A stretch of 64,000 nt of DNA, taken from NCBI GenBank assembly GCA_947258435.1, contig CAMYID010000011.1, positions 10,833-74,832 on the forward strand. Reading direction: 5' to 3'. Position numbers and translations under genes: made by a program. Of the stretch, positions 10,011 to 18,415 are shown one piece after another (the stretch's first letter is position 1; each line of letters begins with the position of its first letter). Origin of the DNA: an uncultured Alphaproteobacteria bacterium (GTDB lineage: Bacteria > Pseudomonadota > Alphaproteobacteria > UBA11222). The notes below the pieces were generated by a model. That model was not told the DNA's origin, searched no databases, and was given only the letters and a program-made list of their open reading frames with translations.

Positions 10011-10023
10011 TGACATATTGTCA
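10011..10023. promoter_or_regulatory. Inverted repeat TGACA-TAT-TGTCA in the tetR promoter region, a candidate TetR operator (autoregulation)
   Basis: Perfect 5-bp arms with a 3-bp spacer, 23-35 bp upstream of the tetR start. On the coding strand the sequence reads TTGACAATATGTCA, overlapping a TTGACA -35-like hexamer. Confidence 0.35.
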
Positions 10024-10278
10024 ATAAAATTACGCGCCACGCGCCGCATTTCCCCCAAACGCATCGTCACGACTCATGGGTGAGTATAGTTAGAATTTAT
10101 GGGAATGGCTGCCCGCAATTGGCGCAGGCAGTGGCGCGCCCCTGTTCATTGCACGGTTATCGCACCGGCAAGGGAGCGTGGAAAATCAGCGCAGGTGGGC
10201 AGCAGACCAGATTAACCGTAGACTGATTTTTCGGAGCTTCAGGCCGAATTTCCGGATTGTCCGCCCGGCGGCTGGCAA

Positions 10279-10530
10279 TCACCCGCCTTTGATCGCAGGC
10301 AAAAAATAGACTTCACTGTTATCTGCAATCGCCTCGAGAAACGGGTCGGAGAAAATTTCGCCATCGATTGCAATCGCAATGCCGTCGGATTGAAGCTCGG
10401 CGCCCAGACCCGGAAACATCTCGTCAAGTGCCCCGATAAGTTTGCGCACATTGACCGCATCCACGTCGAAATGCGTTTGGCCGCCAGCGAACTGGCGGCC
10501 AAGCTCATTGCTCAGAACGACCTGAGCCAT
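10279..10530 (-). CDS. MoaD/ThiS-family ubiquitin-like small sulfur-carrier-type protein (83 aa) with C-terminal Gly-Gly
   Basis: ...SEVYFLPAIKGG at the C-terminus. Size and beta-grasp-like pattern match MoaD. Lies immediately downstream of the Mo-subunit gene, in the same operon. Confidence 0.6.
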   Translation of the reverse strand: MAQVVLSNELGRQFAGGQTHFDVDAVNVRKLIGALDEMFPGLGAELQSDGIAIAIDGEIFSDPFLEAIADNSEVYFLPAIKGG

Positions 10531-10542
10531 ATTTTCTACCTC

Positions 10543-12804
10543 TTAGCTGTCAAGCGCGGAGACGATCGCCGGCGGCGACAGCGGCAGATCCGTCATCCGT
10601 TTGCCGATTGCGTGTGACACTGCATTGGCGGTGGCACCAAGTGGCGGCACGATCGGCACCTCGCCCACACCACGCACACCAAACGGATGTGCGGGGTTCG
10701 GCACCTCGACAATGACCGTATCGATCATCGGCAGATCGGATGCGACAGGCATCCGGTAATCGAGGAAGCCCGGATTCTGCAACCGGCCATCTTCGCCATA
10801 GATATACTCTTCATTGAGAGCCCAGCCGACGCCCTGGGCAACACCGCCCTGCATCTGACCTTCCACATAGCCCGGATGAATGGCCTTGCCCGCGTCCTGC
10901 ACCGCAGTGTAGCGCAGCACCGTCACATGGCCGGTATCGGGATCAACCTCCACATCGCAGATATGGGTGCCAAAACCCGCACCTGCACCGCGTGCGTTGA
11001 TCGCGGCCTTGCCATTGATCGGCCCGCCCGTGCGGCCCGCCTTCGCGGCGATATCGGCAAGCGAAAGCGGCTTGAAGTCACCCGCATTGGCGCTGGCCGG
11101 GCGCGCGAAGCCGTCTTCCCAGACGACTGCGTCCACGCCGATATCCCAGGTCATGGCAGCACGTTCACGCAATTGCTGCACAACATCCTCAGCCGCCTGA
11201 ATAATCGCCATGCCGGTCGCAAAAGTCACGCGGCTGCCGCCGGTCACATCGTTGTAGCCGATACTGGCAGTGTCACCGACAATGATCTTGACCTTGTTAT
11301 AATCGACACCCAGCACTTCGGCCGCCATCATGGCCAGCGAGGCTCGCGAACCGCCAATATCGGGATTGCCGGAGATCACACAGACCGTGCCGTCTTCCGC
11401 CACATTGACCGTCGCGCTCGACTGCATGCCGATATTGAACCAGAAGCCCGAGGCCACACCGCGCCCCTGATTGGGACCAAGCGGGATATTATAGTTCGGA
11501 TGCGCCTTTGCGGCCTCCAGCGTTTCGATATAGCCGATGCTCTTGAACTTCGGCCCATAGGGGGCCTGGGTCCCTTCTTTTGCGGCGTTTTTGAGCCGCA
11601 GATCGATCGGATCCATCCCCAGCTCCTGCGCCAGCTCGTCAATCGCGCTTTCAACCGCAAATGACGCCATGGGCGCACCCGGCGCCCGGTAAGACGCACT
11701 GAGGGGCCGGTTGACGACCACATCGTAGCCGACCGTCTTGACATTCTCGAGCGCATAGGGCGCAAAAGCCGTCATGCAGCCCGGCGCCACCGGCGAACCG
11801 GGATAGGCACCTGCCTGATATTTCAGCTCCGCCTCGGCACCCTGGATCTTGCCATCCCTGGTCGCACCGATTTTGACACGCATGGCTGTCCCCGAGGTCG
11901 GGCCGGTTGCCCGGAATACTTCGTCGCGCGACATGACCATCCGCACCGGACGGTGGGACTTGCGCGACAGGAGTGCGGCAACAGGTTCAAGATAGATCGT
12001 GGTCTTGCCCCCAAAACCACCGCCGATTTCCGCCGGGGTGACACGCACCTGCGCCAGCTCCAGATCGAGCAGCTTGGCTGTGAAGGTCCGGACCATGAAC
12101 TGGCCCTGGCTGGAACACCAGATGCGGCATTCGTCGTTTTCGGTCCATTCGACAACCGCCGCATGCGGCTCGATATAGCCCTGATGAACCGGTTGTGTCG
12201 TATAGTTACGCTCGATCACTACGTCGGACTTTTCATAGCCCGCATCCGGGTCACCGAAACCCATCTGCACCCGCATCACCACATTGGACGGCTTTTCCGG
12301 CTTCGGCTCGACGCCGGCGGTAAAAATCGTATCGTGCAGAACCGGCGCATCGGGTTTCATCGATTCTTCCACGTCGATCACATGTGGCAGAACCTCATAC
12401 TCTACCTCGATCAGGCTCAGCGCCTCATTGGCAACCGCATCGCTGATCGCAGCGACAGCGGCGACCGGATGCCCGTCATACAACACCTTGTCATGTGCCA
12501 TGATATTGTTGGACAGATAGCGGAAATTAACCGCACCTTCACCGGCCTGCGCCATCTCGGACGGCATTTCAGGCATATCCGCACCGGTAACGATCGCCTT
12601 CACGCCCGGCAGCGCGGCCGCCTTGTCCGTGTTGATCGAGACGATTTTTGCATGCGGGTGCGGGCTGCGGAGAATTTTTCCCGTCAGCATCCCGGGCAAG
12701 TTCAGGTCCGCACCGAAATTGGCGCGGCCGGTAACCTTGTCGACCCCATCGGGACGGATCTGACGGGTGCCGACCCACTTCAGTTCTTTATCTTCATATC
12801 CCAT
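10543..12804 (-). CDS. Xanthine-dehydrogenase-family molybdopterin-binding large subunit (CoxL-like), not a true CO dehydrogenase
   Basis: 753 aa. Aldehyde oxidase / XDH Mo-binding blocks are present. The active-site loop reads SYRAPG rather than the AYRCSFR of form-I CODH. Confidence 0.8.
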   Translation of the reverse strand: MGYEDKELKWVGTRQIRPDGVDKVTGRANFGADLNLPGMLTGKILRSPHPHAKIVSINTDKAAALPGVKAIVTGADMPEMPSEMAQAGEGAVNFRYLSNNIMAHDKVLYDGHPVAAVAAISDAVANEALSLIEVEYEVLPHVIDVEESMKPDAPVLHDTIFTAGVEPKPEKPSNVVMRVQMGFGDPDAGYEKSDVVIERNYTTQPVHQGYIEPHAAVVEWTENDECRIWCSSQGQFMVRTFTAKLLDLELAQVRVTPAEIGGGFGGKTTIYLEPVAALLSRKSHRPVRMVMSRDEVFRATGPTSGTAMRVKIGATRDGKIQGAEAELKYQAGAYPGSPVAPGCMTAFAPYALENVKTVGYDVVVNRPLSASYRAPGAPMASFAVESAIDELAQELGMDPIDLRLKNAAKEGTQAPYGPKFKSIGYIETLEAAKAHPNYNIPLGPNQGRGVASGFWFNIGMQSSATVNVAEDGTVCVISGNPDIGGSRASLAMMAAEVLGVDYNKVKIIVGDTASIGYNDVTGGSRVTFATGMAIIQAAEDVVQQLRERAAMTWDIGVDAVVWEDGFARPASANAGDFKPLSLADIAAKAGRTGGPINGKAAINARGAGAGFGTHICDVEVDPDTGHVTVLRYTAVQDAGKAIHPGYVEGQMQGGVAQGVGWALNEEYIYGEDGRLQNPGFLDYRMPVASDLPMIDTVIVEVPNPAHPFGVRGVGEVPIVPPLGATANAVSHAIGKRMTDLPLSPPAIVSALDS

Positions 12805-12805
12805 T

Positions 12806-13282
12806 TTACGATCCTCTCATTTCTGCGGCGACGTCGAGCACCGAACGAATGATCTTGTCATAGCCTGTGCAGCGGCACAGATTGCCCGCAAGCCAGTAAC
12901 GGACTTCGGTTTCCGTCGGATCCGGATTGCGCTCAAGCAGGTTTTTCGCGGCGACCAGAAAGCCTGGAGTGCAGAAGCCGCACTGCAATGCCGCCTCCTC
13001 CAGGAATTTTTGCTGTAGCGGATGCAGCTCATCACCTTCGGCCATACCTTCGATCGTCTCGATCTTCGCGCCGTCCAGTTCAGCACCCAGCGCCAGGCAG
13101 GAACAAACAAGCCGGCCATCAAGGATCACGCTGCACGCCCCGCAGTCACCCGAAGAGCAACCTTCCTTTGTACCCGTCAGGTTCAGCTCATCGCGCAATA
13201 CATCCAGCATAGTCTGTTGCGGGTCGCAAAGATATTCGACCTCTTCACCATTGACTGTCGCAGTTACATGAAATTTAGCCAT
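12806..13282 (-). CDS. (2Fe-2S)-binding small subunit (CoxS-like)
   Basis: CSSGDCGACS and CGFCTPG ... CRCTGY cysteine motifs. Confidence 0.85.
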   Translation of the reverse strand: MAKFHVTATVNGEEVEYLCDPQQTMLDVLRDELNLTGTKEGCSSGDCGACSVILDGRLVCSCLALGAELDGAKIETIEGMAEGDELHPLQQKFLEEAALQCGFCTPGFLVAAKNLLERNPDPTETEVRYWLAGNLCRCTGYDKIIRSVLDVAAEMRGS

Positions 13283-14154
13283 TAGTTACTCCCTGCCCGC
13301 TCAAGCGCAATTTTTGCCGCACGCTGGGCAAGCACCCCGGCGACCTTTTTGCGATATTCAATTGTGCCGCGTTTATCATCAATCGGATTGCACGCGGCGC
13401 TGGCCGCAGCAGCCAGTTTTGTCAGCGCGGCCTCATCAACCTTCGTCCCGACCAGCGCAGCACCGGCATCCTTGACAAGCAGCACGGTCGGCGCAACCGC
13501 CCCCAACGCCACCCGCGCGGCCGTGCAGACGCCCTGATCGTCAAGTGTCAGGTTGACCCCCGCACCAACGATCGCGATATCCATTTCCGTCCGCGGGATC
13601 ATGCGCAAATAGGCATCGCCGGAATGCGCCGGGCGCGGCGGCAGCTTGATCGCCACGACGAATTCACCCTTCGCCAGCGAGGTTTTCCCCGGAGCCGTCG
13701 GAATTTCTTCTACCGGCACTTCGCGGCGGCCATTTGGCCCGGCCACGATACAAACGGCGCCAGCGGCCACAATGCCGGGCACGCTATCGGCGGCAGGCGA
13801 GGCATTGCAAAGATTGCCCCCCAATGACGCGCGTCCCTGTACCTGCGTCGAACCGATCAGATCCATCGCCTCGACCACACCGGGCCATGTTTTGTGCAGG
13901 GCGTCATTTTCGCTGATCGCCTGTCCGCATACCGCAGCGCCGATCAGAAAGCTGCCATCGCTTTCCTGCCTGATAGTATTCAGTTCGTCGATACGCTTGA
14001 TATCGACAACCAGGTCCGGTTTGACGATGCCGGCACGCAACTGCACCAGTAAATCGGTTCCCCCCGCCAGCACGCGGACATTGCCGGCGGCATTCGCCAG
14101 CACACCCACCGCCTCGTCGACCGACGCCGGAGCTTCAAATTGAAATCCGCTCAT
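13282..14154 (-). CDS. FAD-binding subunit of a molybdenum hydroxylase (CoxM-like)
   Basis: Start at MSGFQFEAPASVDEAV. Contains VLAGGTDL FAD-binding motif. Gene order M-S-L with 1-nt start/stop overlaps. Confidence 0.75.
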   Translation of the reverse strand: MSGFQFEAPASVDEAVGVLANAAGNVRVLAGGTDLLVQLRAGIVKPDLVVDIKRIDELNTIRQESDGSFLIGAAVCGQAISENDALHKTWPGVVEAMDLIGSTQVQGRASLGGNLCNASPAADSVPGIVAAGAVCIVAGPNGRREVPVEEIPTAPGKTSLAKGEFVVAIKLPPRPAHSGDAYLRMIPRTEMDIAIVGAGVNLTLDDQGVCTAARVALGAVAPTVLLVKDAGAALVGTKVDEAALTKLAAAASAACNPIDDKRGTIEYRKKVAGVLAQRAAKIALERAGSN

Positions 14155-14345
14155 CTTACTCCCTTGCTCTTCCTCTCGCCGGGCCAGGTTCGGCATGCAT
14201 CGGGTTAACTCAACTGTCCCCGCAACGCGCCTCCTGATGCCGCCATCAGATTATTATTTGCAGACGTGAATTTCCGCATGGCCTGACCAGCCTGCACGAA
14301 TCCACGCATACTTTGATCAATAACTTATCAGAGATTTGCACTTAA

Positions 14346-14396
14346 CGATAACCGTAATAGGACGACGATAACCGTAATTTCCGACGATACCGTAAT
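14346..14396. repeat. Three direct repeats of CGATAACCGTAAT spaced about 19-20 bp apart, in the promoter region of the hydroxylase operon
   Basis: aaCGATAACCGTAATagg acgaCGATAACCGTAATttc cgaCGATACCGTAATggg, read directly from sequence. Confidence 0.6.
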
Positions 14397-14569
14397 GGGC
14401 AGACAGCCGTCGCAGGTATCCCCTTGCCCCTATTTCACTCCGTCAAGCCCAGCCTCGGATCCGAGTATGACGGAAACCGGCGCTGCTGTTCAAGCGCCGA
14501 TACGCCGTTGGCGGTCCGCAAAACAAAGATACAATAAAGATCAGGCACGAATCTGCCGAACATTGACCG

Positions 14570-14613
14570 CCGCTCAATGGGCGCTCAATGGCCGCACAAT
14601 AGGCGCACAATGC
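14570..14613. repeat. Four tandem 11-bp repeats, consensus GCGCWCAATRG
   Basis: ccgctcaatgg gcgctcaatgg ccgcacaatag gcgcacaatgc. Sits in the divergent intergenic region between the NUDIX gene and the hydroxylase operon. Confidence 0.6.
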
Positions 14614-14691
14614 AGACCATCGGGCACGGACACTGGACATCGCCACTGCAACCGGTGCAATCTGCGGCACGCGGGGAGGACGAGAACACAA

Positions 14692-15423
14692 ATGTTACAA
14701 CAAAAAAGCGATAAGCTATTACAACAAAAGAGCGAAAAGCCGCGCCGGGCCGTACGCCCCAAGGATGCGGCGACGCTTATCATCGTAAGGCGCGACCGGT
14801 CGGTACCGGAAATCCTCATGGGACGGCGCAGTGACGGCCATGACTTTCTGCCAAACAAGTTTGTTTTTCCAGGCGGGCGCGTGGACCGTGGCGACAATAT
14901 GGTGAAGCCCCACAGCGGCCTGCGCCCGGAAGTCGAAGCGCGCCTTGTCAGGGGATGCAATTCGACGAAGGCACGGGCGCTCGGTATGGCGGCGGTGCGC
15001 GAAACCTTCGAGGAAACAGGCCTTATCGTCGGGCGGCATATCGGCCGACCAATGGCAACACGTTCAGCCGTCTGGTCGACCTTTTCCCAAAGCGGGGTCG
15101 CGCCGGCACTGGATATAATGAACTATATCGGCCGCGCCATTACCCCGCCTTTCCGGCATAAACGATTTGATGCGCGCTTCTTTATGACAGACGCCGAACA
15201 TATCGCCGGCGATCTGCATGATATCTCTGATGCCTCGGGCGAGTTGCTGGAAATCCACTGGCTGCCTGTCAGCGAAGCAAAGCTGCTCGAATTACAGGGG
15301 ATTACCCTGCTGATGCTCGACGAGGTCGAGCGGCGGCTCAACGTGACTGAAAGAAAAGCGTCCGAGCTTCCCGTTCCTTTCTATTATTTCAGGCACGGCA
15401 AGCGTATCGCCGAGGCGCATTAA
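14692..15423 (+). CDS. NUDIX hydrolase
   Basis: NUDIX box GGRVDRGDNMVKPHSGLRPEVEARLVRGCNSTKARALGMAAVRETFEETGL (GX5EX7REUXEEXGU). Start taken at MLQQKS; the longer upstream ORF is low-complexity. Confidence 0.7.
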   Translation: MLQQKSDKLLQQKSEKPRRAVRPKDAATLIIVRRDRSVPEILMGRRSDGHDFLPNKFVFPGGRVDRGDNMVKPHSGLRPEVEARLVRGCNSTKARALGMAAVRETFEETGLIVGRHIGRPMATRSAVWSTFSQSGVAPALDIMNYIGRAITPPFRHKRFDARFFMTDAEHIAGDLHDISDASGELLEIHWLPVSEAKLLELQGITLLMLDEVERRLNVTERKASELPVPFYYFRHGKRIAEAH

Positions 15424-15467
15424 TGTTGCCACAGGGCAATTGAAATGTTGCCAGGGGGCAATTGAAT
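15423..15467. repeat. Two tandem 22-bp direct repeats, each containing the inverted repeat TTGCC-N4-GGCAA
   Basis: atgttgccacagggcaattgaa / atgttgccagggggcaattgaat, immediately after the NUDIX stop codon and about 190 bp upstream of rpmG. Confidence 0.5.
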
Positions 15468-15585
15468 TTGTGACGCAGCCACAGCCAGATCGCCAAGGAT
15501 AACCCGCAGAAGCGCACGCCAGATGCAGCGGCAGGGGGCGGTGACGTAAAATGCCGGCCCGTTACTGCAGAAAGGCGAAGTTTAC

Positions 15586-15613
15586 TTGACATTGGCGGCG
15601 GCGTGGTTAGTGT
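15586..15613 (+). promoter_or_regulatory. Putative sigma70-type promoter for rpmG
   Basis: -35 TTGACA (15586-15591), 16-bp spacer, -10 TAGTGT (15608-15613), about 40 nt upstream of the rpmG ATG. Confidence 0.3.
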
Positions 15614-15654
15614 GCGCGCTTCTTAGATGACAAGATTATTGGGAGCATGTGGCG

Positions 15655-15822
15655 ATGGCTAAGGCCGCAACCATCAAAATCAAACTGGAAAGCACCGCGG
15701 GCACGGGCTTTTTCTATGTGACGAAAAAGAATTCGCGCACCCAGACCGAAAAGCTTGTCATGCGCAAATATGACCCGGTCGCGCGCAAGCATGTGGATTT
15801 CAAGGAAACGAAAATCAAATAA
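15655..15822 (+). CDS. rpmG: 50S ribosomal protein L33
   Basis: 55-aa [55 protein letters not shown], near-identical to bacterial L33. It is below the 60-aa cutoff of the ORF track. Confidence 0.9.
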   Translation: MAKAATIKIKLESTAGTGFFYVTKKNSRTQTEKLVMRKYDPVARKHVDFKETKIK

Positions 15823-15845
15823 AAGGGAACGCGGCAAACGCGAAA

Positions 15846-15870
15846 TTGACGCCGCGGCGTTCAGTTTTTC
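15846..15870 (+). terminator. Rho-independent terminator of rpmG
   Basis: Perfect palindrome ACGCCGCGGCGT followed by TCAGTTTTTCC. Confidence 0.6.
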
Positions 15871-16074
15871 CTTTCCCCTGGAGCCGCTACTCCCCCTAAA
15901 GCTGCCGCAACTTGCAGATACGGCACCTGCATCATACAGGATAATTTCAACGGATTGAGCGTCGGCACATTGCGGCCCGGCGCTTTATTTTTGCAGATTG
16001 TCGTGTGATCGGCATATGGCGGTCCGTGCAGCCCACCGGCCCGGCCCAGCAGAACCGACCGGTCTGGAAATATT

Positions 16075-17445
16075 TCAGGAAGCTGCCACGACCACCCGGT
16101 TGCGGCCGTCATTTTTGGCCTGATAGAGCGCCTGATCCGCACGCTTGAGCGTATCCATGGCGCTGGTTTCACCATCCCGGCTGCTGGCGACACCGATACT
16201 CGTGGTAACCGCGATTGTTTCGCCTGCATTCACATGAAACGAAAAACTCTCTGTATATTCGCGAATCCGCTCCGCCACGACGCGCGCGATTGCCGCATCG
16301 GTTTCAGGCATGATCACGACAAATTCCTCCCCCCCATAGCGGCAGGCAAGATCGATACCCCGGATATTACGCGAAATGCCTTTCGCGAACTGCGTCAGCA
16401 CCCGGTCTCCCGCGTCATGTCCCCAGGTATCATTGACCAGTTTGAAGTGATCGATATCAAGCATCATGACCGCGACCGGCCGCGCCTCGGTACCGGAACG
16501 GGAAATCAGGCCATCCAAATGGGTTTCCATATAGCGGCGATTGTAGAGCTGCGTCATCGGGTCCGTGATCGCCAGTTCCATGCTGCATTGCACATTCTGG
16601 CGCAACTGTTCCGCATAACGGCGCCAGCGCAATTGCGTCTGCACTCTGGCGATCAGTTCGTTACGCTCGATCGGGCGCACCAGATAATCATTCACCCCCA
16701 TATCAAGCCCGCGCACCAACCCGTCTGTTTCCGGATCCTCAACGATAATCAGCAACGGCGTCGTACGGGTTTCCTCGCCCGTGCGCATCTGTGAACAAAG
16801 ACGCAGCGGATCATACTCGCTCAAGGAGAGACTGGTGATAATCAGATCGAAATTGTCGTTCCGCGCCAGGGTCAGGGCGTTGACCGCATCCGCTTCCACC
16901 ACAACCCGGTGACCGGCATCCGCCAGGGTTTCCTCGATCCGTTGCGCAGAACGCGGCTGATCGTCAATAACCAGTATCTGTCCCGGGGCGATCATTTCGT
17001 CGTCCCAATTCGGATAATCGATCAGACCAAGATTGCGCCCCGTCACCTCGCGCGCGCGCAATTCATCGGTCATCATTTTCAGACGGACCAGACTGCGAAC
17101 ACGCGGAAAGAGGGGAATGTTCTTGATGGGCTTGCTGATGAAATCATCGGCACCGGCCTCAAGTCCCTGCACGCGGTCGCTTGCCTGGTCGAGTGCGGTG
17201 ATCATCACCACGGGAATATGGCGCAAAGCGGGGTTTTTCTTGATTTCACGGCAGGCGGTAAAACCGTCCATGACGGGCATCATGACATCCATCAGAATGA
17301 TATCGGGCAATTCCTGCGCCGCGACGTCGATTGCCTGCTGCCCGTTTTCGGCCGTCAGAACTTCATAATACTCAGCGCTCAGCTTGGCTTCGAGCAGCTT
17401 TACGTTGGCTGCCACATCATCAACAACTAGCACACGCGCTGTCAT
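16075..17445 (-). CDS. pleD: PleD-type response-regulator diguanylate cyclase (REC-REC-GGDEF)
   Basis: Two receiver domains (VLVVDD...DIILMDVMMP) followed by a GGEEF active site. Located directly downstream of divK. Confidence 0.85.
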   Translation of the reverse strand: MTARVLVVDDVAANVKLLEAKLSAEYYEVLTAENGQQAIDVAAQELPDIILMDVMMPVMDGFTACREIKKNPALRHIPVVMITALDQASDRVQGLEAGADDFISKPIKNIPLFPRVRSLVRLKMMTDELRAREVTGRNLGLIDYPNWDDEMIAPGQILVIDDQPRSAQRIEETLADAGHRVVVEADAVNALTLARNDNFDLIITSLSLSEYDPLRLCSQMRTGEETRTTPLLIIVEDPETDGLVRGLDMGVNDYLVRPIERNELIARVQTQLRWRRYAEQLRQNVQCSMELAITDPMTQLYNRRYMETHLDGLISRSGTEARPVAVMMLDIDHFKLVNDTWGHDAGDRVLTQFAKGISRNIRGIDLACRYGGEEFVVIMPETDAAIARVVAERIREYTESFSFHVNAGETIAVTTSIGVASSRDGETSAMDTLKRADQALYQAKNDGRNRVVVAAS

Positions 17446-17457
17446 AAGAGTTAATCC

Positions 17458-17823
17458 TCAGTCCAGAAACCGCTTAACGGTGTCCAGAAATTCCGTCACT
17501 GAAATGGGCTTTGCGATGTAAGCCTGGCACCCGCCGCTGCGAATCCGGTCTTCATCGCCCTTCATGGCGAATGCGGTAACCGCGATTACCGGAATATCAC
17601 GCAGATCATCATCTTCCTTGATCCACTTGGTAACTTCCAGCCCCGACACCTCAGGTAACTGAATATCCATCAGAATGAGATCCGGGTGATGCGTTCGTGC
17701 CAACTCCATTGCGTCCATTCCGTCAGATGTCTGTACGGTTTCGTATCCATGGGCGGTGAGCAAGTCATGAAACAACTTCATGTTGAGCTCATTATCCTCG
17801 CAAATCAGTACTTTTTTCGCCAT
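17458..17823 (-). CDS. divK: Single-domain cell-cycle response regulator DivK
   Basis: 121 aa, [22 protein letters not shown]...[17 protein letters not shown]...[12 protein letters not shown]. Conserved divK-pleD arrangement. Confidence 0.85.
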   Translation of the reverse strand: MAKKVLICEDNELNMKLFHDLLTAHGYETVQTSDGMDAMELARTHHPDLILMDIQLPEVSGLEVTKWIKEDDDLRDIPVIAVTAFAMKGDEDRIRSGGCQAYIAKPISVTEFLDTVKRFLD

Positions 17824-17892
17824 AACCCAACGATCTCATATTTCTTGATAAAATCTTCTAGGCAATGCGGCATAGATACCATCCGCCTGCTT

Positions 17893-17946
17893 TTGGTTGC
17901 AACCAAGTAATGCTTACCAACCATTCAAATATTAAATGCATTTAAT
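17893..17946. promoter_or_regulatory. Two perfect palindromes in the AT-rich divK upstream region: TTGGTTGCAACCAA (17893-17906) and ATTAAATGCATTTAAT (17931-17946)
   Basis: Both read directly from sequence. The second has a TTAA-N6-TTAA core reminiscent of CtrA-box half-sites. Confidence 0.45.
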
Positions 17947-18028
17947 AATATTACTGTTACAATTGCGTCCAATTGTATTGCTGAATAAAAATAGCCGAAA
18001 AATGTAAGGCAGTGGTTAATTCGACAAA

Positions 18029-18316
18029 ATGACACAGAAAGTTCGCGAATGGGCACAATCCGTAGCGCTTCAGGCCCTGACATTCATTCTGTCGGATACA
18101 GACCATTTGAGCCGCTTCATGGATTTGTCCGGCCTCAGCCCGGCTGATCTGGAAAGCCGTATCGACGATCCCGAACTGCAGGGCGGTATTCTGGACTATC
18201 TGCTGATGAATGAAGCGGATCTGATTAATTTTTGCCAGGCTGCGGAACTGAGTCCGGAGCAACCGGCACAAGCCCGCGCGCAACTGCCGGGCGGACGCTC
18301 TTTTGAGTGGACTTAG
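18029..18316 (+). CDS. Small conserved hypothetical protein (about 95 aa; pattern resembles DUF3572-type proteins found next to divK in alphaproteobacteria)
   Basis: MTQKVREWAQSVALQALTFILSD...LSGLSPADLESRIDDPELQGGILDYLLMNEADLINFCQAAELSPEQPAQAR. Family assignment is from memory, not a search. Confidence 0.35.
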   Translation: MTQKVREWAQSVALQALTFILSDTDHLSRFMDLSGLSPADLESRIDDPELQGGILDYLLMNEADLINFCQAAELSPEQPAQARAQLPGGRSFEWT

Positions 18317-18415
18317 CAGCAGCGCATAATAAAATTCAGCCAGGCCAAAACAGTCAATGTGACTTGCGCAGCATTCGAACCGGCTGCGAACGATGAGAGT
18401 GGCGGTCGCAACCAG

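Noticed and set aside
14570-14613. Possible CRISPR-like array
   Set aside because: The units are 11 bp with no spacers and only four copies. This is far too short for CRISPR, and no cas genes are present in the window.
14395-14691. N-terminal 100-aa extension of the NUDIX ORF
   Set aside because: The translation is low-complexity and contains the tandem DNA repeats. The NUDIX fold starts after the MLQQKS start. The region is better treated as non-coding control DNA.
14692-14740. Direct DNA repeat ttacaacaaaaaagcgataagc / ttacaacaaaagagcgaaaagc encoding LQQKSDK-LQQKSEK at the NUDIX N-terminus
   Set aside because: It is a short duplication that probably arose by slippage. There is no evidence of function. 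It is noted only because it may signal start-codon ambiguity.
16234-17430. Plus-strand ORFs of 186 and 173 aa
   Set aside because: They are antisense to pleD. They have no motifs. The strongly supported pleD reading frame explains the region.
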